64,000 nucleotides of DNA from Ptychomitrium polyphyllum. Taxonomy: Eukaryota. The stretch lies in NCBI GenBank assembly GCA_973851085.1, contig OZ316776.1, positions 15,624,001 to 15,688,000 of the forward strand, read 5' to 3'. The notes below the pieces were generated by a model. That model made no database searches. It was not told where the DNA came from and saw only the letters and a list, made by a program, of their open reading frames with translations. This document shows, piece by piece, positions 53,464 through 64,000 of the stretch. Every line of letters begins with the position of its first letter. Position 1 is the first letter of the stretch. The translations under genes and the position numbers were made by a program.

Positions 53464-56371
53464 TCAAGATGAAACTCTTGCTAGTTCAACGTCTTCTTCA
53501 GAGGGATGCACATAGCTATATGATGAGGGTTCCGGAAAGTCTTCAGACATTGTGGCATAGTGCAAGCTGGGCTGCCAGGTTGAATCTTTCAGCACTTTCA
53601 GTAGCTCCTCCAGCATCACAGCGCTCCCCAGGGCACTAAGATGCATTCCATCCCTGCAGTCTCCCAAGAAAATCCAATCAGAATCATGGAGTACCCTCAC
53701 TTAGTCCACGAAGCACATGAATGCTGTCTTTAATCATGACATGAATGCTGTCTTTAATCATGACTCACGACTTGGCATGAAATGCAGCACTGCAAAATCC
53801 TATAAAACAAACATCTGTACAACTTATTATGAAGAAAAATGAGAAGGAGATCACATTTTCTTACGATTTCAGACTCCTTCCATGTCCCTAGAGTAGAGCG
53901 AAAAGGAGTTAACATTGGTACAGTCAACAATCTGAGAACAACAGCCTGTCCTGAATGGTAACTGTAGATTTCCAATTTAGTATGTACATGTTGCACAGAT
54001 TCCTTACGTAAGGCAAGTTGTTTGCCAATTTGGCTGCCGTTGAATCGAGGTCCAGAGGTCGATATTGGCCGCTCCCATTTTCTGAGCTGAAGCTTTGCAT
54101 GCTGCGGCATATTCACCCGCACGCTCATTCGAGCGATCCAAGAATTTTGCGCCCTTCTCTCCGTATTTTACCCTGCACTGGGCGCAACCATCAGTCAGTA
54201 GCCTAACTCTTGCACAGTAGTCCCTTCCACTCCATCTTTCGTTTTATGCGGAAATACTTGTCTATCTAGATTACTGAGTCCGCACCCAAATAAATTTGAT
54301 GCAACCATTTTACAAACAGGAAGAAATCATACACTTACCCCTTTTACGGCCCAAGCTAAAAAAGGATAGCATACTGAAAATTACATCTAAACCACCCAAT
54401 GTGTGTAGAGCAAACTCTTGCTTTCCACTGGTCTACAACATGGATCCTTCCTGAATGTTTCTAATGATTCATTTGAGATCTAATGAGATATGGAAATGGA
54501 CACTTTGGCCCAAATGAATTCTCAGGGGTTAAAACCTCTTTATTCTTTACTGACACGGTAATATGTCATAGTCAGAATTCTGAAGATAGCACAACCAGCA
54601 AGTTCACATAATTAATTTATAAAGTCCAATAAATTGTGCTTACAATTACTCACCGTCTAAGGTTCGTTTTAACAGAGGTTTCTTCTCAGCAGAGTATTAC
54701 AAAGTGGCAAAGGGATTAACCTGCCATGGTCAACGCGGGCAGCTTCGTATATGGGTGGTGCCGTTGTTAGTATCACCCTCGTCTTATCTGAAAGCTCCTG
54801 TTTAAAAAGAGGAAAAATGTTTATATTAGCGCCCTTGAAGAGTCAACTTTGTTACTTGAATTATCAGGCCTCTGAACAAAACCTACAACCTAAAAGTAAA
54901 CCAGCTCAAATTGACGTTCCTCACAAACTCTGTTGAAGTTATACATAGATACACTGCTAGCAGATAACCATATCTGAATACCTGTCAAGTACTCACAAGG
55001 TATAATGAAGTGATAATCTTCTCAAAACATCCACATCAGACGAGCAGAATAGCAACTAGCTGAAAGACCTGGAGATGAGCCGCTATGCGGCACAAATTGT
55101 CTTCAAACTCTGGGAGAGGAACATGTTGACCTCGGCCACTTGGCATAGGGAAAGCAGCATCGTTAGCTCCAAAAAATACCACAACAAGCTCTGGCTGGTC
55201 TTCTGCATCCTGTTGTCCACACCCATACTCTTAATTTGAAATATCAATCAACCAAAACCCGTATGAATTGAAAGATCTGCACAAAATCTTCATTAAAATG
55301 TAAACTAGGTAGAAGATTCACCATGCTAAACACAACACAGAACCTACACATCTGTCCCATGTATGCCTCATATTAAACAAAATTAGGTTAGAATTACACT
55401 CTGATCAAAGTGATCCATTAAAATCGGGAAATCCAACTGGAATGACAACTTTTTAGCAAACTGATCATGCGTGTAGATTCGATTAGGTGTTCCTCTATCA
55501 ACTAGTACTCGCTGACTTCCATACCTTGGGGAATATCTTGTCCAGCACTTCGAGAGCGCATCGAGTGTTCCATCCTCGATACCCTCTTAGCACAATGTCT
55601 GCCTGGAAAGAAAGCCACAACATCTTTGATTCCCATATACCTCGTCCACCGTATACTTAAAAAAATTCATGCCCTGCTAGACTTGAATGTTATCTATGAA
55701 CAAATCCCAAGAACAAGAGCATTCCAAGAAGTATTATGTCATACCGAGATCAAAACCTGCACTGAACAGCATGCGTCTCACTGACATAGCTCAGACATCC
55801 TGCGAAGGTAGATTCCAACAACAAAACCGCGACCTTCACACTGCAATCATCACCTAAACCCTAAACCCTAAACCCTAAATAAAAACTCAATCCAACCCAC
55901 ATCTAGTGTCCGCATTCTGACCAATCTAACATTGGTTTCTAACAACTAGAAGAGAAAAGAACAAAATCGCAAGCATCGAAACCTCAGACACAACTCAACA
56001 ACGCGGTATCCAAAACCCGATTCCGCAACCCTAATCGCGCTCTTGTCATTGCTACTTGATCATCCACCACGCACCTAAAGAATCCAAAACCTAGTCCCTA
56101 AGAAATCACCCAACGCTAATATCCCAGCGACACAAATCCCCAAAATCCAACACCACTGCTCACCCACAAAACCTTGCCCTCCTCCAACCAACCGCATTCG
56201 CCCAAACATGTACCCGAAATTCTAGGCGAAAAAAAAGGTGTTACTATTCAATCAACATACCTTGCGACAGTAAAGATTGGCGAGAGCTGCGCCCCAGCCG
56301 CCATGGCAGAAGGAATACTCCGTCATGGACGCTCCGAACAGCACAAACTTGCGCCTCGCATGCGGCGCCAT
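53464..56371 (-). CDS. SGNH/GDSL esterase, IAH1/CPRD49-like
   Basis: MAPHARRKFVLFGASMTEYSFCHGGWGAALANLYCRK/ADIVLRGYRGWNTR/..VVFFGANDA../..TTAPPIYE../..IDLWTSIQ../DGMHLS: blocks I, II, III and V of SGNH hydrolases in six GT-AG exons. Confidence 0.93.
53716..53764. repeat. 24-bp direct tandem duplication in the last intron of the esterase gene
   Basis: CATGAATGCTGTCTTTAATCATGA occurs twice head to tail. Confidence 0.9.
55853..55879. repeat. Short interstitial telomere-type repeat (CCCTAAA)x~4 / telo-box cluster
   Basis: CCTAAACCCTAAACCCTAAACCCTAAA in intron 1 of the esterase gene. Confidence 0.85.
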
Positions 56372-56463
56372 GCCTTCTCCGAGTCCCACTTCAACCTCCG
56401 AGAGCTTTGCTGCAACGAACCACTTCCAACATACATCTAGCAGACGCGTCAAGCTTGCATCAT

Positions 56464-56522
56464 GGAGCTTCTCGTTCCTTGGAGCTTCTCGTTCCTTGGA
56501 GCTTCTCGTTCCTTGGAGCTTC
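56464..56522. repeat. 17-bp tandem repeat (GGAGCTTCTCGTTCCTT)x~3.5 upstream of the esterase ATG
   Basis: Three perfect units plus a partial unit, about 95-150 nt upstream of the start codon. Confidence 0.93.
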
Positions 56523-57279
56523 CATGAATGCACGTGGTTGCAGGTTTGGCCAGCATAACAACGCTGCAGCGTCTTGCTGGTTTACCGCAACATCTTCATC
56601 TGCTGCATGTCACCTCTTCAAGTGAATCATTGCGTGCTTGTTGTTGCATGACCCCAACCTTGACTCCAAACATTCTTCACTGACCCCACTTTCAAAGATG
56701 AGGGTGGGGTGTTTCTGTTGTTTGAGTTCTTTATATCTTGTGATTTTTGAATGGAAGTTTAGTTTTGACGGAACTTCAACTTTTAGGGCCTTATATGCTG
56801 TACTTCAATCTGATATTAGATATATGAGTCTAATGCACAAGGGCCAATTTCAACAAAGCAGTTCTGTACAACACACATTGATTGTATTTGGATCTCAGTC
56901 ACATTGAGTTTTAGAAATAAAATCTCAAGATTGATGTTCAATTTCAGTTGATGTACATGGCATAGATGCTCCACCATACAAGTGGTGCAAGGTCATCCGC
57001 CTAGAGAATGTTACAAAAGTATATGTACCAAAAGAATTTTTATGGAAGCTGCATATCCTACATTTAAAAAAAATTATATTTACAAACTATATTCTACAAA
57101 TCCCATCCTTACATCATATATGATCCAACTGTAACCTGTATAAATGACTCACAGACATCTGGTATACTCCTCTGCTAGTGTACCGTGATTGGTGTCAAAC
57201 CTTCCCGTGTTTCGGTAATGTATTGTACAAGTGTACCAAATAGATGTAGCCTACAAGGATTGCGACATTCACAGCAAAT

Positions 57280-58362
57280 TCAGCCCGTAGGAGAGATGAC
57301 CACTTTCTTAGTAACTCGCCCAGTCTTCAATCACTCAAGAGCTTGCACCACCTCTAAGAACATAAACTTCCCCTTCGGATCAATGACCACTTTCACTGCT
57401 CCACTCTCCAGATATGGATTCAACATCTCTAGCATGTCTCTAGAATCCTGAAGGTTTATTTGGCTCCACAACATACCTGTCAGCAGGATCCTTGGTCAAA
57501 ATGGATAATTTCGCACACCTCCTTCCTTCAAACTTTCGGTCCTTTGCTCACTTCACTCGTCCACAATCATGACACCAGAGCTCCAGTATGAGGTCCATTC
57601 ACAGTTGAATGAAGTCATGTCACAAGCAAATAAACCATCGAGATTCCAGAGTAGACTAGTCGTGAACAATGTCACAGGATTCCGGCTCCTCGGTGTAGTC
57701 CACCGTGTGGTAGTCAATGACCTCATCGGCTCCAAGACCCATCAGGAACTCTGTCTTGCTAGCACTTCCTGTCCTTGCTACATGCGCAGCCTTGAACACC
57801 TGTTTGGCCACCAATACAACAGAATATCCAACGGGTTACTACGAATGTTCAGACCTCGATATTTATATAGCATAGGCACTTACGCCATACACCTTACCCT
57901 CCAGCAGAGCATCGGTTGAGTACAACAACTGACAGTCTAACTCTTGAAGCACAACGATAGTACAGTCTTTTTTACATGTTTTTGAGGAAGCCTAACAGAT
58001 TGTGCAATTGCAAGAATTGCTTTTTTCACTCTTGCTAAATGCACTCACCTAAATATTAAATGTACCGACACCGCCCGATCGCCGAGAACAAAAACCGTCG
58101 TCTTCAATGCCAGCTTTCTTCAGGCCCTGTGCGGCAGTGAGAAGAGCCAAGGGGTAGACTCGCAGCACCTAAGTTTTTGGGCTTCACAGCAGCGAATGAC
58201 TCCTCGCAAGCGATATAATGAGCTAAGGTGCCCCACTGCGTAGGATGGAAGACGGGTGACGAGTTGGCCATGGCATACACCTCGTCGCACACTTCGAATT
58301 TCGAAGCTGCATCGCCCACTTTCACCACCTCACCGGCGCAGTCATAACCTGGCACAATCCGA
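57280..58362 (-). pseudogene. Pseudogene of zinc-independent quinone/alkenal-one oxidoreductase (AOR, At1g23740-like MDR family)
   Basis: VPGYDCAGEVVKVG..DEVYA..WGTLAHY..KPKNL(deletion)GAASLPL, then frameshifts around TVFVLG/GGVGTFNI followed by TAG at the donor. Later fragments: FLMGLGADEVIDYH and LNPYLESGAVKVVIDPKGKF..ALE*LKTGRVTKKVVISP. No N-terminal exons found. Confidence 0.85.
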
Positions 58363-59612
58363 GCTACTGCTAGCGTTAAGAACGAAACAAGAAACACACA
58401 ACCTATAGTGTCTGTAGACGCAATTCATCTCTTGCTCTCTATCTTCTACATGATATCCTCCTGCAAACTTTACCTTCCGACAAACTTGGCCAACTCCGCA
58501 TTCAGATTGTAGCCTTCACATGTGCTCTCCCAGATTTAGACCACTCTTCATGAAACTTTACCCTTAGCTCTGAATACTGATCTTGAGCCTCGTCAACTCT
58601 CGATCAACACTTCTTGTTAAGACGCAAAACATTAATGCTCCTCCAGATTTGTCCCGTCAGCTTCAATTGCACTTCATAAGGACTCGTGACTGTGCTCACA
58701 TACTGCTTCTGAAGAATTTTATGACGCCAGGAAGAGCGTAAGTTTCCCCTAAAAGAAAAGCCCTGGCAAGCAAAACCTTGGGATCTAAACCCCTATCCCA
58801 GAATGTTGGGAACATCTACCTCACGTCTCCTCACATTCTGCTGAAGTTGCAATGAATCCGTCACAGATCAACTCCACCAGGTCGCGATCAGTTGGTAGCT
58901 GCTCCCTTGGACATCAATCGATTCAGCTAACTTACAAACATCAATTTTCTTGATTGTTAATTGCAATGGAATTCCAGTCAATTTCTGCGAAAAAAGCATA
59001 TATGCGTTTCCTTGACGATAAAATGGAAGTCCGCATGCTTCGCCGTGCTACGCTCTTCGTCCTCAACAAGTTGTGGCAGTTTCTGCTACCGTTTTCATTA
59101 GAACCAAAATGTACTCCACTCTATTCTATTTGACAGAATCATTGCTCCCTGCAACAGAGAGGTACCTTCATTCCGAGGTCCTGTTTCAGCTTCACTCGTT
59201 CGTCACGAATCCACAGAGAACGCAGAAAAATCATCTCCATTCTATATATCTTGAGAAGGAAATGGCATTAAAGTGCAGTCCGCAACCTGGAAAACCATGG
59301 CGAAAAACAAATTTTCACCTTCCAGCGCACAACACAGGAAACGTATTGCTGACAATAAAACCGATGAGTGCTTGCTCAGGACACCTGGACAAGAAAATTG
59401 ATCTTTAACTCGGAACCTTAAGTGTCTGCATCCAGTCATAGTGACGTGATTGATGTATCAAAGGATACTATACAGAGGCGACAACTGCAGATATGGGATC
59501 TGAGTGGAGAACAACTCAGTATGCCATTTCAAGCGTCTCGTTTCATGAATAGCAGGGTAACATGACATGGCAAACCCGCGACTAGTCATAAGGACTGACC
59601 AATGAGCACGCA

Positions 59613-62600
59613 TCAATGCTTTACTATTTTACAAATGACATCAGCTTCAGGTTCCCAACATTTTAAAGTTGAGGTCTGTGTTGCTTCCGGCATGACCTTG
59701 CAGTCCTCAACACGAACATTGTGAAACTGAGCAATAGCAGCCTCCATGGACAATGTTACCATCTCCTCAGACTCAGACAAGTCCACGACGCTTGTGACGG
59801 AGTAATAATCCTCATCTTCATTGGCATCCGAAATTAGGGACTCCAGAGTTGGTCCCTGTATCACAGGCACACTTACAATTCAGAGAATGATGTGTGGAAA
59901 GTTGTAAAATTCTGTAGCTGTAGCATAAGGTATGTAAAGCCAACGCGATATGCCTTTTAAGAATGCAGATAGACTGGATTCTGATACTTTCTTAAGGGTG
60001 TGTGCCAAGAGCTGCTTATGAGATCTATGGGTCTGCACAAAGCACATCTGCTCACAAGCACCTGAACTCTTCATTATGGAATAACTGAAAGCTGGGCATC
60101 ACAGGAATCTTTACAAAGGGAAAAAGAAAAGAAAGGAATCCAACCTCGCAGTATTGTTGGTAGTGTTGATTAGCTTCACTGTGCTCAACTGTTCCTGGCA
60201 GAAGTCCAGTTCCATACCATGTATTGTGGTCGGAGGAATTTTGCAAAAGGTATCTATCCAACAAGAAAACATACTTACGAATCAAATAACTTTCAACTCT
60301 ACCCAAATTAACATAGGACAAATATTAGGTGATAACCGGCTTTGTAGAAACAATGATTTCTGTACATTTCCTTTAAACAAGATAATAGGCGTGCATCTGA
60401 TTCGTACCTGTCATATAGCTCCTCTTCTCCTGAAGGACTAAATAAAGACTGCCAATCTAACCCAGCTAATCCTTGTTCGAGTTCATCTTCAGGATTAACT
60501 GGTACTGAGCCATTAACAGAACTTGCGGTTACTGACGGAGAATGTACTTGGTCCTTTGATCCATATAGCCAATTTGGACTCTTTAACAAGACCTCCCTGA
60601 AAATCACGCCAATGTTTATTCAACACACCAATACCTTCAAAGAGACCTTCAAACTACAGTAGTCAACTCGACATACTTCTGGGATAATAAACAAGCACAA
60701 AATATATCACACGTGTGCTGATTATTTTCATTTACAAACCCTCCTCAAATTGAAAGTTTGCTTCAGTCTTTCTTGTGCAGGACAATCGCAGGTCCTTGGC
60801 ACAAAATATACATATGTTACAATACGGTGCACCTACACAGCATCAGGAGTAGACCGAGGTGCTGCAAAGTGCCTCATGTTCTGTTGCTGTTGTTCTCCAC
60901 GAGACGGCATACTTTGTTGAGAGGCGCGGTTCACCTGCAGTTCATTGAGAAACACTGTTACCCATCAACCGCTCGTGCATGTACTTTCACGTAGTTTGGC
61001 ACCAAAATGACAGGCTCAATGTAAGAATACAACGCATCAGTACGCCAAAAGGCACTACTAAAACCGCATAATGAAACATCGAAGACAAGCCAAACTATAT
61101 CAAAACTAGGCCGGAATTCTATAAAACACTATACTAAAAATAAGTGGCTAACCTGCAGAAGCTTATCAAAGGACGTGAGTTTCCTGCAGTGGTAATCATC
61201 TGGATGCTGACATGCAACCGGCATTGCTCCATTCGATTTACGATGTGCTTGCGTAGCGATCGCTCCTGTTATCGCCAGAGGAATCCTTCACACCATATTG
61301 CAAAATTAAAATTCTTCTATAAAACATGACATCGAATTTTATTGTAATGCAAGCTACAGGTAATGTATAGATATCTTGTTTGTTGTTAAGTTGCATATAT
61401 TATGCTCAATTCAGCGAATTCAGAACCGCTACACAAAAGCTTACCTATCATCCTTAGAGAACTCGTCCTCGTATCCAGCCACATGCAGATAATAGTCAGA
61501 GTCCAACTCCCACAGAGCTGGTTTTCCCTCTTGTGGTCGGAAGTAACCAAGGAACCTGCATTCAAAGATAAATTATTTTTTGAGAGATCGGAACTGATTC
61601 ACAGTGACACGTTGTCACGAGTTCGAACGATGCTCCATACACCAGAGAACCCAATTTTGCAATGATCTTTATAAAATTTAAGACACAAGGAACGATCGTT
61701 ATGTCCTAGAAACGACCTGATAGCTTGACGTAGGAAAAGAATAAAGAAAGTCTTTGAAAGACTCACAAATTCATTGCATCCTGCTTGTCCCCATCAGTGT
61801 ATGTGTTATTGTAGTAGCGTTTGATAGAATTCAGGATTTCTCTTGATTGAGTTGTTGCTTTCCACTTTCCTTGTCTCTCTGGAAAGACCTGGGAGATACA
61901 ACAAGCTAAATCTCAATATGTTATATCAGAAGGGTATACAGAAACTTGTATTCTCTTATAATCCACGCTCAATACTGTATCATAGATTGAACAAGTCCAA
62001 CAGCAAATATGTAAAGGACCATCAGAGCTTGGTTATGTGTATTCTCACAGTGTTGTGAGCAGGAGAGCCACCATACTGAAGCGCAAGGACATCCCCCATG
62101 TTATGATACATGATCATCAAGGTTTCTGCTACCTTTCCGTTCATATCCACCTCAGGAGTATCAGACAAACCAACTGCATGGAGCTGACGACCCACAGCAG
62201 CAAGACCAAAAGCATACTGCGCAACATTGGTGCGATCAAGACAATCAATGCAATTTGTTCTAAGCACCCCACTTTGGAATTTCTGCTCTCTTTTCCTATC
62301 ACGAGCCGTTGACTGTGATGTTGCTGAAGGTACAGATTCACTGCATAGCGAAAGACACATTTCAACAAAGAGCGAAAAATCACAATACAAAGATACGAAA
62401 TGTTATAGTAGAGATAACAGCCAAAAAATGTAAAAACCAAGGTATGAACAATTTACGTGGAGGCATTTGCAGCACGCTGGTGTTGAGCTGATTTGGACAG
62501 TGAAGGTACTCCATTGTAAAATATGTCGGTCAGATCTAGAGTGTCATTGGCTACTTTTCTCAAGACTGCGATCACGTTTGCCGCCTTGCTGCAAACCAAA

Positions 62601-64000
62601 ATAAGATTTCTTTGACTTAGAAAGATAAAACGCATGTGGGAAGTCATACAATCAATTGTGAACTCGTTAGAAAAACAAAACTATAAATAAATCATGCATT
62701 ACCTCTTTGCAAACTTGTGAAAATCCCAATGTATAAAATTAAGCCTCCTCTCACTAGGAAGAATAGAATTAAGGTATCCTACAGCAACGGCAAACTCACG
62801 ACGCAGCATCATTTCTCGAGGCCTTTTTTCCACAGTCTGCAGTATAGACCACTGAGCAATATTAAGAAAACACAAACATGGAATCTCAGTCATCCCATTT
62901 ACAAGTCCAGAGATAAACATTTCGCATGTACCATATGTGGAAAAAAAATCGAGAAAACCTGAGAAAATAAGACTCCAAACTCCCTGCTATACATGATAAC
63001 CTTGGCAAGTGTTGGGCCTAGGTTTTACCTTGATGAGGTTCAAGATGGTGATGGGATTCCCATATCTGTTTTCCAAACCCTCAAAATGAAGCTTGGTTGC
63101 GTGATACCACGGATCGAACCTTTGTACTGCATTCAGAATAGAAAAAATGAATGCATGAATATGCCTGAACATGATGACTACAAACAGAATAAACCTATCA
63201 GGTGATTCTGAAATTGCAGCATTTAACTTACGATGTATGTCAGGCTTGGCACTAAGTCGAGAAGCCTCTTGTGACCAGAAAAGAGGTATAGATCCTCGTA
63301 CTTGAACAACAGAGCTTATTCGCTCAAATCCAGGTCCAGATCCTGTCTCATCTACAACAATTTGTTCGGTCTCCACATCATTTGCCACTCGCCCTTTATC
63401 ATTCACCCCACGTTTCAAATACCTGTCACCAGGTCTGCAGTCAGCTACTGAACATGCAGTTACATTTCCACAAAAGCACTTCGCATCTCACCAAAAAGAT
63501 TATCTGGTGGTGAGGTCTAACCTTGTGCCAGCGAAATGTCTAGATCTCCTTGAAATAAGAAAGATGCTGTATATGCGTCCAAAGGTGCTGAAATTACACT
63601 GCATACATCATAAATACGTTAGCAACAATTCCACTAGAAATCAAGAAGAAATACTCAAGGAAAACATCTAAGCTAGTGAATGTCAATAGATTGAGCACCT
63701 AATTCCCATTGATTTGAGGGAAAAAGACGTCTTCGAAGAGCGACAAACGCAGGTCGATAGAGTTACATGTGAGGTACAAGCCCATCATCTGCTTGGAAAA
63801 CAGAAATGGATGGTCTTGTTTTACCTGCTCAAAGAAGCCATGCATCAAAGCAACTGTCCACCGAGTGTTCTTGACCTCCTGGCGAATTCCACGTGAGAGA
63901 AAAGCGTTCCATACGAACATATTTTCGTACGGCATACTCGTGTCATCTCGTAAGATCTCGTTTCGCTGCACGCTCTGCATGATGCGGTAAGTGTAGCTGA
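59613..64000 (-). CDS. SAC-domain phosphoinositide phosphatase (FIG4/SAC1-5 subgroup), 5' part runs off the window
   Basis: YENMFVWNAFL..WTVALMHGFFEQ, SRRSRHFAGTR/YLKRGVNDKGRVANDVETEQIV, VQVRGSIPLFWSQE, WDFHKF, catalytic QSGVLRTNCIDCLDRTNVAQY (CX5R), MGDVLALQYGGSPAHN, SIKRYYNNTYTDGDKQDAMN. Probable stop at 59613. Confidence 0.94.

Noticed and set aside
1..64000. tRNA/rRNA genes and intact LTR or DNA transposons
   Set aside because: No tRNA cloverleaf, rRNA motif, RT/integrase/transposase ORF or paired LTRs were seen by eye; highly decayed elements in the AT islands cannot be excluded.

Overview
Eukaryotic land-plant nuclear DNA with GT-AG spliced genes, most likely from a moss or other bryophyte: it carries a flagellar IFT46 gene alongside typical plant genes, and its base composition is mosaic. 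Ordinary-GC segments hold a CorA-like Mg2+ transporter-family gene (runs off the left edge), a plastid transaldolase-like gene, an EDRF1-like gene, a GT106 O-fucosyltransferase-family gene, a KCTD-type BTB/POZ gene, an IAH1/CPRD49-like SGNH esterase, a pseudogene of alkenal/one oxidoreductase (AOR) and a SAC/FIG4 phosphoinositide phosphatase (runs off the right edge). Two very AT-rich islands (about 3.5-19 kb and 49-53.3 kb) look like junk in the ORF track but hide spliced genes that I assembled by hand. One is an intact 9-exon, 794-aa divergent ASI1/IBM2-like BAH+RRM gene. The other is IFT46, whose conserved core is intact. The first island also contains an orphan basic ORF and a gene relic disabled by stops. 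Two foldback hairpins lie downstream of stop codons, and a small duplication at an island edge differs only by C/T and G/A transitions. Exon boundaries and family calls come from reading the sequence and from remembered family motifs; no searches were run.
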